Shown here piece by piece: positions 37,156 to 49,714 of a stretch of DNA of 64,000 bases (position 1 is the stretch's first letter; each line of letters starts with the position of its first letter). The stretch spans positions 21,336,127 to 21,400,126 of the forward strand of contig JAHRHZ010000140.1 of the NCBI GenBank assembly GCA_024137785.1. Reading direction: 5' to 3'. This DNA comes from Ginglymostoma cirratum. Its lineage: Eukaryota. Both the position numbers and the translations under genes were made by a program. The notes under the pieces are model-generated. The model ran no database searches, was not told the origin of the DNA, and worked only from the letters and a program-made list of their open reading frames with translations.

Positions 37156-38960
37156 AGGCTGAATTTTACCAGAAATGAGTTAAGTGTCAATTGTGCAAGT
37201 TTCCTAGTAGTTTCTCTCTGTAAGCCCTAGTGAGATTTCCCATGCTGTTCTCTGCAGCTCATCTCATTGACTGTTCATCACACTCCTCTATAATGTCCCA
37301 CGATCTACCACTCAGCAATGGCAGAAGACCTCAACACTAATGGGCCCCATGGAATTTTTGACATTGGCACCATTTCTAAAGCCCAGCCATGCCCTGAGTA
37401 AAGTTCTGCCAGTAAGGAGCTATCCTTCACAATGCATGTAGTGGGAATGGAAACAAGAAGAAATACTTCTGAGGACACATGTGTAGCCTTGCTGATACCG
37501 CATTGCAAATACAAGTACACATATGTACATCCATTGCTTCTTAAGAACCAAGCTACACAGGTTACCCGTCCTTAGTGTTATCCCAACTCAGAACCCTGTC
37601 TAACAGAGTTGTTACTCTTTCCCTAATGCCCAGTGTAACCTAATATCTTCACATTGTCCTACACAGGAGCACCATATACTGGAAAGTTGTAAACATTCAC
37701 TTTTATTCAGCAACGGCAGAATTATAGAGAAAATAAAGAAAAACTGCATCATGAAGATAATGATCATCCTGCTCATTGGCTTTAGCTTCCTTCTTGAAGA
37801 CTCTTGCCACTCTCCCAGCTCTTCAGTGTTCATCAAATCCCCTTCAGTGGTCTACAGCACAGCATGCTGGGATTATGTGGTACGCAGTGTCTAAACCGTA
37901 TTGCAAGGACCCCATTTCCAGATCCAAGCAATGGAATCTCACTTCAGGAAGCCGATTGCTTGCTCGATGATAGCCCTAGTTGAAAGAATGGACTATATTG
38001 AACCTGCACTCAGTCGCGGTCAGGGGATTGCATAATGGAGTCATCAGCCATAGTTGCAGAGTATAGCCCTCATGTCCCAGTAACAATTCTTGAAAGGCAA
38101 TCATCCCCTGAAACAAAGTGGGAACATTAGAGTTCTCAAGGTTACAGGTATCACGGCAGCTTCCAGGGTACCAGGTGCACACTTCTAAGATGTGGCACCA
38201 ATAATCACCAATGAATTGTGCATTGTAGGAAAGGAATCCTTTTCTGTTCATGAAAGTAGCTACAATATGGCACTCTCAATATGTTTGTACACTCCGTGCT
38301 GCCTACACATGTGTGACTCCAGCTATGTTGGGAAATCTTCCTGCACTTGACCTTCAGCACTATGAAGGAGAAAACAAGATGCCACAGTGTGATGTGGAAC
38401 AAATTGCATGCATAAGAGGCTTGATAAATTTATGGCCGAAGATTGAGAGACCTCACACTGAGCCCCAGTGGATAAGCAGCCAATTGCATAAAAGTTCAGT
38501 TTATCTGAACCTTGATGGCTACCAGAACAGGAAGGCCACTGATCCTTCATGTTGCAGGTCCTGCTCTAGCAGTTGGCACAGTTCAGTGATGGTGTCTCAA
38601 GACACCCACAGTTAGGGATGTACCTGAGAATGCAGAAAGGCTGGTGCATGTCCAGTGCCAAACTCACAGGGGGGCAGTGGGCTGACACTACCCATGGAAT
38701 GTGCCTTGAGATATTGGGGAGTGCTGTGTAAGATGAGGTACAAAGGTGAAAGCAGTGAACAATAGTCACCAGGAACCCACTTTGATTGTCATGTTGAGAA
38801 TTATTGCCGTCTAGTTTCTCCCTGATGCATGGGTGAATTAGAAAATGCATATCAATGAGGTGAGATGACATATTAATGGGATGCAAATGCATGCAGATAG
38901 GTCTCTTGCTGCTCACCAGTCATTGTTCTCAATGTGATTGATGAACTAGACCTCTTTTTC
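37156..38960 (-). mobile_element. Degenerate Harbinger DNA transposon
   Basis: End ggctgaattttacc...taagtgtca resembles 33326; contains HARBI1-like remnant. Confidence 0.55.
37850..38300 (-). pseudogene. Harbinger/HARBI1-type transposase remnant
   Basis: ORF 37976..38251: MNRKGFLSYNAQFIGD...WYPGSCRD...LLGHEGYTLQLWLMTPLCNP...ECRFN. Confidence 0.85.
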
Positions 38961-41176
38961 CTAATCAATAAGAACCTCACTACTGCCAATCTCTCCATAC
39001 TTCCACAACTGACTCATCAATGTCCACGTCATTGAGGGGCAGGAAAGATGCCACCCAGTATGACCAGGTTTTACTTGGTGCAGATAGGGAATTTGAAATA
39101 GGATCATAAGTCATAGATTTCCAGTTGTATATAATACATTCTAAATCATCCCTGATGTGAGAAAGAAGAAAGCACCCCTTCTTCCCTCCATTACACGCTG
39201 CAAATTTGTAAATGGTTACTTGTGCCTTCCTAAGTGCTGTGAATTTAAGCCTGAACTCTACATTTCAAACAAGTGCCTGCACAGAATAGGCACGACTGTC
39301 AGAGGGATATCAATTAAAGGCTTTACAGTGAAGACTTAGGGAAAGCTATACCAACTGCTGATTGAGAAGCATTTTTGGTGTAATTTTTCTTTCAGTTGAT
39401 CATTCTTAAAGAAATCTTTTTGGATTTCTAACCTGAATTGTTCAAACATAAGGAGAAACCTTCCTGAAAGGGATTCTGATCTTGGATATTTTAGAATGAA
39501 CCGTTCCTCACATGTGAAGCAAGTGGTTTCACGGAAGCAAGTCTCATAAATCAGTTTCAGTGAGGAACAGACCTTCCTATGGACTCCTTGACCATTAAGA
39601 GTACATACCTAGACCCAACACCCTGTATCCCTTACTAGAGTTATGCAACCGAAGGCTTCACTTCAGACCTGAAACCCTGAAAGAACTGTGTTTTCTGTTG
39701 TAGCACAATAGATATTCAGCTCTAAATCTGGCATCAGGTATACCAATAGAGATTTATTTGCTATGTCACATCGTATTAATCAATTTACTATCCTTAAGAC
39801 ATATAGCATAAAGTGTATAATTGATGACAACTTTATCAAATTTAATACTGGACACATACATATGAATTAATGTATTTAAATGAACAAGCCCATTCCTAGA
39901 GAAGGTCAGGTTCTATGTGCTACTGACTGTGTGATCATGTGCCACAATTGACAATCTTCATCATCTCCCTAAATGTTCAACTAGCTTGTGATCCCTGACA
40001 TCAGTTCCTTCATGTGAATGCCAAATATGCTGACAGCTGTCATGAAGTGTTTATATTCAGGCACTCCAGCATTCCTGCCACCTTTCAAAATGAAGGGGAA
40101 ATCTCAGGATGGTTCCTTGGAAACAAAGGCTAGCTGTCCTCCAAGAATACATGCCAACCTGCCTGAAGAGAGACATAATGTCATTCACATAAGAACAGAA
40201 GTTCACATTAAATAAGCAATAGGACTGCTCAGAGTAAGTTTCAGATGTCTGGATTGGTTGGAGGCTACTTCAATATGGTCTTGGCTGTCAATAATTGTGG
40301 CAGTGGCTTGTGTCTCCACAACTTCACATTACAAAAAAGCATTCAGCTTTGACAAACTAGAAGGAAAGGGTAGATGATAACAGTATAGAACTGAATATTA
40401 TTTACACAGGAAGAGGAAAAAAGTGGGTCAGCAGCTACAGTGTGAGAGAGAGAAAGATGCAACTGTGGCTTATCAAAGTCTCCTTCAATGAAAAGCTAAA
40501 TGCTTTTGGTCAAAGTTCAATTCTCCACAGTGAGAATCCAGTGTTGTCTAGCCTGCCTTTAACATAATTCTGCCCTTGACTCCTTGGAGTTAGGAATGAG
40601 TATAGGACTTAAAGCCTGCACATTAGAAGCAGAACAAAAGCATTATGCTTACCATGTTTCAAAATATTAAAACAAGATTTTCCCCAAACGATAATAAAAA
40701 TCTGTACAATACTTTAAATATCTCTGCATTCTGAAATTCCACAGCAATTTAGCAATCTCCCCCATTCCAAAAGAACCATCATGACACATTACGGCAACAG
40801 TTATTCCACCTTATGTTCACTGCAAGTGTTTGTGGTCCAATTGGGAATAATGCTTCCATTTAATGAAAGAGCATAGTTTGTATAACTTTTCAACCATCAA
40901 TGGTATTCGAACTAAAGTGTTTCCCAAGAAGGAAAAGGTCAAGAAATGGATGGTTACCAGTATTAATAATGATATTTGGGGATGGACCTGGTCTAACAAA
41001 TTCTTATCATGACTGAATATTTTATCTTGTATATGCTTTGGTATTTGACAGAGTTGCCACTTTGTCCTATGTGTCAAGTGATACCTCTGTCTTAATTTGA
41101 ATGGGATGGAGGCTGAGCCAATTACACAGTTCTCACCATGAAAGATTTCATCACTAACTTTGGCATTTACCTGCAG

Positions 41177-41209
41177 AAGGACACTTAGCGTGGAATGAGG
41201 GATGGTCAG
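41177..41209 (+). other. Candidate 33-nt microexon
   Basis: Branch point cactaac (41152-41158), acceptor tttacctgcag, donor cag|gtaagt; one open frame (phase 1-1) GHLAWNEGWS. Confidence 0.35.
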
Positions 41210-42556
41210 GTAAGTGGAGAGCAGACTATGGGATATCTATGAGATTGCCTATGCACAGTGCTGTCTGATTGCCAATATGGTAAATGCAGAGTTGATGGAC
41301 TGTTGGATACTGGACAAAGCTTGGATCCTGATCCTAGCCTGTCCACTGTATAAGAGCCCAGGAGAATCCAGAGGCTTCGTAGTGGTCTGCAGCACAACAA
41401 AACAGGCAACACTCAAGATGTGAACTTCTCAATAAGCTTCAGCTCATGTGTGGATTATTTTTGTAGATAAGTGTTCTTGCCTCAGTCACATGTAGAACTA
41501 ACTCATGCAATTGAGCAGAGCAAAGCACAAAAACGATTGAGTCCATGAGTGATAGTTGTCACTTAGTACAGTCTATTCACACGTATAATTAACTGCAGGA
41601 ACTGCTAATATAAAGCCACCAATCTTCATTTGTAGCCATCTCTACAAAGCTGAAATCCATTGAGTCTCAGGCTGATTCTTTGACTAAGAGTTTATAATTT
41701 TGCCTTTTTCATCCACACATGCATTTTCTCATTCATTCTTCATTTTCTTTCACCTCATTACTTCTATGCATTGTGATATTTATGATTGTATGTGCCAATG
41801 GAAGACTGGATAATGCAAATTTTCACATGATGCTCAATTGGGAACTGTATTTTGAACTCTGTTTCTCACTCCTGTGCAACTGTAAGAAAATATATCATTG
41901 GAAAAAAGACAGTATAGTGTCCAATGGAATAGTATTGCAAAGCATGCAGGGAGCGAATAGGTGATCAAGGAGATGCAGAATGTAAAAGAAATGAAAATGT
42001 GCCTGAAGTAGGTATTTGGCCCTTCTCTCCACTTCCATGCCAAGGATCACTAATGATCTTGTAAATGTTGAAAGTTTACATTCAGTTACGCTTCTCTTGT
42101 GATCCATATGCATTATTGGCGTTCCCCTTCGAACATATAGTCGAACAATTTTTGCTGGAAGTGCTTTTGATGGAAATTTGTTTTGTTTTCATTACTGGGA
42201 GGAAGAAGATCCTGTGTAGAGCTGGTATATATAAGTTTATTTAAAAATATGGAAAGTTAGGCATATTTGGTTAAATTGGTGAGAGTACCAGGCAGGGGTC
42301 ATGGTCTCAGTTGTTAAACCTCGGCTTTGTCTTTCCCAAAAAAGGCCTGTAAGGACTCTCCACCCGGCAATAAAGCAGCTTTCTTTGGATTGGATGGGAA
42401 ATTGAAAACGTTGGACCAACACATTGGTTATTAATTGACTCATGTTCAGCAGCAGGTTCGAATGTGGTTACAAATCGTTTTAGCCCTTAAAAATATTTTA
42501 ATTCAGCAAATGAGTGGCTTAGTAATAAAGCATCAATAACATTTTAAGAAAATGAA

Positions 42557-42762
42557 GTCACCATAATCTCAAAGGACCATAGTGCTGCTGTCCTATTGGA
42601 GAGAGAAGACTTGGTGGTGAGTGTGGCCTGAGGTTACCTTGTATCAGGCAAGGGGCAAGGTTCATAAAGTTACATAGTAACTGTAGCCAACATGGGAATT
42701 GAACCCACACAGTTGACGTCAATCTGCATTGCAAGCCAGCCAACTGAGCTAACCTATCCCCA
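42557..42762 (-). mobile_element. tRNA-derived SINE
   Basis: Minus strand A-box ggttagctcagttgg and B-box gggttcaattccc; sister copy 62207-62370. Confidence 0.8.
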
Positions 42763-43249
42763 CCTAAACAGTGCAGCATTGTAACAGAAGAGTGAACAAC
42801 TGGTGTATCATGAACTGGGAGTGTCTATTGAGAATTCAGTCATGGAGGTCAAGGTGCCCATTTCATGATCAGCATGACTTTTAAACCACTAGAGTTAAGG
42901 GAGTGATAGTTTGAAAAGGTTATCCCATTGTCAAAATTAAGAATGTTATAGAGAGTTTGGCATAAGCAGACTGATGACCAAGTTAATGAAACAAAGAGAC
43001 CCCCTTAAAGCACCATCGGCAATTGTCAATGCACATTTATTCATAGTACTGAAAAGAGGGCATGCAATGATAGTGAACCTCATCACAGCTATCAAAAACA
43101 TTCCATTCTTTTACTGGTCTGTTGGTAAAACCTGTCAGACATTTTGTGCATGACTGCGTGACAAACATACAATACAATGAATAACAAAGTCATCTGCTCT
43201 TGAGATTTTGGTTGCCAGGAAACTAGGACAACTCCATAAAATCAAAAAA

Positions 43250-43378
43250 AAATGACAGCTACTGGAGATCTGATCTAAAAACAAAGAATGCTGTAGAAAG
43301 CCAAAATGTTAACTCTGTTTCTCCATAGATGCTGCCAGAGCTGCTGAGTTTCTCCAGCGCATTCTGTTTTTATCTTAG
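43250..43378. mobile_element. Mini-Penelope remnant
   Basis: aaaatgttaactctgtttctccatagatgctgccagagctgctgagtttctccagc preceded by a short inverted arm. Confidence 0.7.
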
Positions 43379-44699
43379 GAGAACTTGCCACCTGACTTTG
43401 TTTCTTTAAGGGAAACTGAGACCTCTGGAGATGAGAGAAGAGGATCGGTACATAAGAAGGACAGCATCTCTGAAAATGCTCCATTCTCGTCATTGCGTCA
43501 CTGAAATATTCCATTTCTTAAAAGTGAGTATTGAACAACAATCTCTAGAAACAGTGCTGGCAGGCTGAAGAGATCAAATTAAATCAAAATAGAGCAATTA
43601 AGTTTGCTTTCATTATGTAGCCACCACGAAAATGTGGTGCAGTTGTGGAATACACCTTTAACACTGCAGAATTCACAAGACAAAATGTACTCTCATTTTT
43701 CTCCTTCATAGTCTGGACATGAGCTGTAATCATAATAAGCCAGAAAATAACACAGCACACAGCTCTTTCCAAATGAGTTACATCTTTATGAGTTTTTTTA
43801 TTGCCAAAAAGAACTTCGTACACCTCTCAAAGAATTTTATTTTTAAACTTATTCCAAAGATTGATTCTGCGTGAAGTCACTATATATTGCAGCTTGCAGC
43901 TGGTCATGTGTCAGATCGCTGCATGCCCAGGCTAATAATGCCTTGTCATCCACTGACAGAATTATGCGTTCACCCGGGCTTCACATGTCACAAGTAATTG
44001 GACTCATTGCTTATCATATTGAAGTTGTCAGGACCTTCATGGAGCGATAATTTGTGTGAGTTGATCGTACCTTAGCAAATCAGCAGGCTGTAACCTTTCA
44101 CCTTTACACTATGTTGTCGATACAGGCCAAGTACGACTTACAAATCTTTTGACAGTGTTGGTACCGGCTGTACGAGGGATTCAATTGCTTTTGTCCATCA
44201 GCTGGTATTGTGAAAGTGGTTATTCAGGAGCTTTGCTGCTGGCGACACAAAGAATGCTCACTGCCAAGAAATGTTGCCATAGTGAAGCCTCCTCCAATTA
44301 CATGGGTGGGGTATTGCTTTACTGCAAATTTGTTTTTAAACTTGTTGAAGCATTAAGTCTGCCCTTCTCATGTGGTACATCTGTGATAAGTAAGAATATC
44401 ATGTAATTTATTTTATGCAGCCCCTTTTCCCAATATTATGAGGAGATACATTATATTCAGGACTTACACAGAGACTGATAAGAATAAGATAGGTCTTTCA
44501 CACTCCATAATTTATGTGTAAACTGTGACAGTCTTTCTCAGTTTAAAACTGCTTGAAATCGCTGTCTTGCGGCTATGTTATCTTGTGTATACTGTCCTCT
44601 TATTTAAAAAATCATAATGTGAAACAAAGTAAATATCATATTTCAGTTTTATATGAAATGACATGAGAGACTTTTCAGTTCTATAAACCAAACCCACCA

Positions 44700-45760
44700 G
44701 ACAGACTAACACAGAAAACACAGTCGGGATTAACAGATCTTTTTCAGGTTGGAAAGATATAACTAGTGGAGTGCCACAAGGGTCAGTCCTACGGACACTG
44801 TTATTTGCGATATTAATGACTTGAAAGAGGGACAAAAGTATAAGATACCCACACTTGTGATGTTTTGAAAATAGGTGGGAGCGTGTGCTGTGATGATGCC
44901 ATAAGGTATCTGCAGAGGGATATAGATAGGTTGAGTGAGTAGGCAAAAACTTGGCAGATATAGCTTAATGTAGGAAATCATGAGATCATGCACTTTGGCA
45001 GGAGGGCTCAAATGGCAGATTATTATTTAAATGGAGCAAGAATCCAGTAAAGTGTAGCACAGAGGTGCTCTTGTGCCTGAATCACAAAAAAAGTTAGCAT
45101 GCAGTTGCAGCAAGTAAATAATAAGGCAAATAGAATTTTGACCCTTATTTGCTCAGGCTCAGAGTTTTAAAACAGGGAAGTCTTCATACAACTGTCCAGG
45201 GTGTTGGTGAGAGAGCACCTACAGTAATGTGTACAATTTTGTTCCCTGTATTTAATAAAAGGATTTACTGACATAGGAAGCAGTTCAGAGGAGATTCACT
45301 ATACTAGGGCAGAAGGGGTTGGCTTCTTGGAAATGACTAAACAGTTTAGACTTTCATTCATCAGAATTTAGGAGAAGGAAGAGTGATCTTATTGAAATAT
45401 ACAAGATTCTGAGGGATTGTGAGAGGGTAGATTAGGAGATGATTCCATTAATGGAAGAATTTTGAACTGGAGGCACAATTCCAGAATGAGGGATTGCTCA
45501 TTTAAAACTGAGATTTGAAGGAATTTCCTCTCCCAGTCTGAGGTAAATATCTGGAATTCTCTACCCAGAGATTTGCAGGGGTTGGATCACCGAAAGCATT
45601 AAAAGATGGGATAGGTAGATTATTGAAATATTAAGAGCTATGAGGAGTTGGCACTAAAGAGGAGTTGGCTTGGAACAGACTAACCATGATCTTATAGAAT
45701 GGTAGCACAAGCATGAAGAGACAAATGTTCTACCCCTGCTCCTATTTCCTACGTCCCTAT
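44700..45760 (+). mobile_element. CR1 LINE fragment (RT to 3'UTR)
   Basis: taactagtggagtgccacaagggtcagtcctacgg = TSGVPQGSVL RT motif; CR1 3' end cctgctcctatttcct. Confidence 0.9.
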
Positions 45761-47954
45761 ACTTGCAGAGAAAGAGATGAACAGTTACTCCCACAGAACC
45801 ATTCTATATAGACCGTGGACAACATTTAAGCAGCCGTTTGGAGATGTGCTGGAAGGCAAGAAGTCTGATAAAATGGCATGGAGGGAAATGGAGTCTAAAG
45901 TCTTCCCACTGCCATAGTATGTTACCAACAGTGGCCAACATCAGTGGCACAGCCAATTATGGCAATTAAGTGTGTAACTAAAAGCCATTTTGCCAACATC
46001 ACCACCAATGTGCAAAGATAAACCTTTGCAGCCTCCCAGGGTCAGATTGGGGGTCGGGGTGTGGAGATGTATGTTGGTATGGGTAAGGGGGAAGAGAGGT
46101 AGATTTAGAAAGAAATCCAGTCCTTTATGGCCACTTCATGGACATCAGCAACAATGGAAGCTAATGTGAGTATTGCACAGTGAAGGGAAGGCCTCCCCTC
46201 CACCACACTGTCATTTCTCGTGCCATGCATCTCCTCAGAAAGGTCTGAAACAAAACATACACTGGCTTTGAGGTTGCACCACCATAGAACAATTTTCCCT
46301 GTCATTGTGCAGCCTCAGAAATAGTCAATTGTAATGGTGGCATTGCCAAGACTGAGTCCTACTAGCCCCTAAGTCCAATGCCCACCAATGGTGGTATGTC
46401 CACACTTTCGGTCCCAGCAGTAAGACTTCATTACTGGTGGAAACATATGCCTCATAAAACCCAATGGATTGATGGATAAACTCTAGAAGGCATCAGAGCC
46501 TAGAAATCACAGTTGGTGACTTAGGAAGTCAATGAAGTCATTTGTATATAATTCTTCTTATTGACAATTTAGTGGATAGTTGCCCAAGTAGATCTCCATG
46601 TTGACCAAATGTTAAAGGAGCAATGAGCTGGATTTTCTAAGCAGTGGCAATCATATGCAGATGGAGTTGGCAAAGGTCCAGTCCAGTATGCGGAATGAGG
46701 GGTTATTAGGACCCAGGAGAGTGTTAGGGTGGGTGTGGCGGATGTGAGGTGATGTCAGGTCAGGTCTAACAGGGAAGAAGTTGGGGGACAGTCCCGGGGG
46801 TGTTGTGTCAGGGTTTAGGAATTGTAAGGAATCTGGGGGTGCTGTACTTGTGGGTGTGTGAGGGAAGAACTGCGTCTGTTCAATAGTTACTCATGAGTTA
46901 ACTTATGCATTTAAGTCAACTTTACTCAGTTACTATTTTACCTAATTTTATTGGAATTCTTCAAAGTCTCCGACTTTAACAAAGACTTTCGGAGGGTTCC
47001 AGGTGAAATCATTACTCTGGTTACTGAGCTAAATGCAAATTTCTTAGCGTGAATTTTTTCCAGAAATGCTCATCTCTGAATTTGAAGGAGAGAGTGTTGT
47101 CTCATTCTTGCCTAAATAGTCTCAGTCATTAATTTTTTTAATGGAGGGCAACAATACAACTCCCAATTGCAAAAGTCAGCCTGCATGACCAATGAATAAA
47201 TCTTCTGTAAATTTGGTCACTTTTGAACTAAAATTTAGATTATTGTTTTTAATATGAAATATTGTAGAATCTTTCAGTTGACAATCTTTTCTTGACTATT
47301 AGCAAGACAACTTTAAGCTCCTAACATATATTACAAATTGCGTAAGTTCCATTGTGTGTGGATTTATATCTACTCAACGTAATAAAATAGTTGCTTAAAA
47401 ACAGTAACTTTCAATGAAAAGGATTAAGGCCTTTTGAAAGCATTGAAATTCTGTTGAACCATTTTATTTTATGAAAAGACCACCTATTAGTATGCCAACA
47501 TTTCTACAAATTATAAGGGAAAGACTTCATCCTGAGTCTTCATTTTCAGTACAGCAATCCTATGTCTCAAGTACTGTAAACACATAAAACAGTGGGATGA
47601 ACCAATGCTTGTTAATTAGCATTTATTAAATTGAATATTCAAAAAATTGTTGCTTAGACCATTCAATGTTCAACCCAGCGATGCCATGCTCTCCGTGGGA
47701 TTACTGCGAAGACCCAAGGGGCGGAAATTACACTTGGTACCATGTCTATTAATGGTTAACTTAGAAGAGTGCTTGACATAAGTTATAGTCAGGAGTAGCA
47801 TTTATCATTGGCCTGTTAAAAGTGCTTACTTCAAAATGTCAATTGGGAAAATGGCGCGACAAAATTGAAGATGGAAAACACATCAGATCCTATAGATTCT
47901 ACCATCAATTTTAAATATATTTTTGAACTGTTTCAAGCATTCAAAAATATTTAG

Positions 47955-48140
47955 GCTGAACTGGCACTGTCTGTGGCAATCCTTTTACCTTTTTACTGTA
48001 GGTAAGACTATTTTGTGTTAATCCCGCTTTTGGCTCAGCTATTACAAATTTCTATTTCCATATTTAATTAAATCCAGTGGTAATGGATTACAGCAATGAC
48101 TACAATACCATATAAATCACAAAGAAAGGGTTGGGTGAGT
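47955..48140 (+). other. Candidate recursive splice site (AG|GTAAGA at 48001/48002) with 133-nt RS-exon ending TGG|GTGAGT
   Basis: AG-free zone 47955-47999, pyrimidine tract ccttttacctttttact, abutting donor, second donor after 48134, stops in all three frames. Confidence 0.4.
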
Positions 48141-48744
48141 TTTACCAACCAGGCTAGGCTCAAGTTCTTACTTTATTTTTGTGCTCTGAACATCTGAACT
48201 AATTGACATGCTTGGAATAAGCTACTGCAATATAGTAACTAATATTAGTCACAAATTTTACTTTCGTAGTTCACGGTATAGAAAGCTACTGGGATTGAGG
48301 CAGTCATATAGATTCATTAAGACAGTCTACTATCAATCATTGGAGAGTTAGCTGGATTTGAAGGCGCTTCATTTTGATTTCAAGAGTGCAAATTGTAGTG
48401 CAATTACATGATAATAAAAAAATGACTTGAAATTGTACTGTTCATTAGACTTAGTAATGTTTAAATTCAAATAATGGCTGCAATGCTTGTTTTCATTATT
48501 TTTCAACAGAAAGGGTCCAATTTGTTCAATAACTTTACAGATCATAAAGTTCTAATAACTTTATGGTTATCGTCATGCTATATTAAATGAAGAAATGGAT
48601 AATACAGCAGTTAATTGAAGCGATTTTAAAATGGTAACTTTGCCAATGTTAGGGATAAATTTGATCACCAACCGATGGTAATAATTTTAAAGACAGTGCA
48701 AGAATCAAGAGACCTAGCATTACCATGCACAAAGTAAAATCTGA

Positions 48745-49003
48745 AAAAAACACAGATGCTGTAAATCATAGGCAAGAATAGGGTCTGAGGAAGGGTCTCT
48801 GAACCCAAAACATTGGCTCTGATTTTTCTCCACAGATGCACATATGGATGATGATGGGATAGTGTAGGGGGATGGGCTTAGATTAGTTCACAGGGCAGCG
48901 CAACATCGAGGGCCGAAGGGCCTGTTCTGCGCTGTATTGTTCTATGTTCTATGTTCTATGCTGCTAGACCTGCTAAGCTTTTACAGCAATTTCTGTTTTT
49001 GTT
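48745..49003 (+). mobile_element. Mini-Penelope element inside CR1, itself interrupted by a CR1 tail
   Basis: ctgaggaagggtctctgaacccaaaac; imperfect TSD attaccatgcaca (48719-48731) / attaccatataca (49004-49016). Confidence 0.75.
48840..48957 (+). mobile_element. Young CR1/HER1-type 3' tail with (gttctat)n
   Basis: gggccgaagggcctgttctgcgctgtattgttctatgttctatgttct, flanked by atgc/atgc. Confidence 0.8.
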
Positions 49004-49004
49004 A

Positions 49005-49630
49005 TTACCATATACACATTTTTGAAGTAGCTGGAGCAACTGATACTGTTGTCAAAGAAAAGCAATTGGATTATTGGTTTCATAAATAGAAGCAGAGAGC
49101 ACAAAACTGTGGAAGTTCTGCTAAACATTTAGAGGTCTCAACTCAGGCGTCAGCTGGAGTATTGTGTACAAGTCTGGACACCACCCGTCTGGAAGAATGA
49201 CAAGGCCTCGGAGAGTTTAGTGGAGTTAAATCTGGGCTGTTCTTTTGTACTGGAGAATGTTTATAGGAAATTTAATGGAGTTGTTCAAAGGGTTTTAATA
49301 GAAAAAAATGAGGAGAAACTGTTTTCAACGGCAGGAGAGTGAGTAATAAAAGGATCCAGATTAAAAGTAGTCAGTGAAATAAAGAGTGGAGATAAGGATT
49401 TGCATTTTATTAAAAATACAGTGAGTTGATATAATCTAGACAACATTGTTTAAAAGGGTTGTGGAAACAGATTCAACACTTCTTTTAAAAGTTCGATTTA
49501 CATATATACTTGACGGGGAGGAATTCCAAATAAGGGAATGAGCGGAGACTGAGATTAATTGGATTGCTCTTTCAAAGACCTAGCACAGGCATGATTGGCT
49601 AGATGACCTTTTCTCAGGTCTGATTCTACA
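49005..49630 (+). mobile_element. Old CR1 fragment
   Basis: cagctggagtattgtgtacaagtctggacacca = QLEYCVQVWTP; CR1 3' end. Confidence 0.8.
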
Positions 49631-49714
49631 ATTTTATTAACTATGCATAGTTAATGTGATTACCAAACAAATAACTTTGGTTATTATCACAGCTGTTATT
49701 ACTATTACAGGCCT

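Noticed and set aside
39150-39770. Possible solo LTR (tgtgaga...tgtcaca)
   Set aside because: Termini could be chance; no TSD or second copy seen
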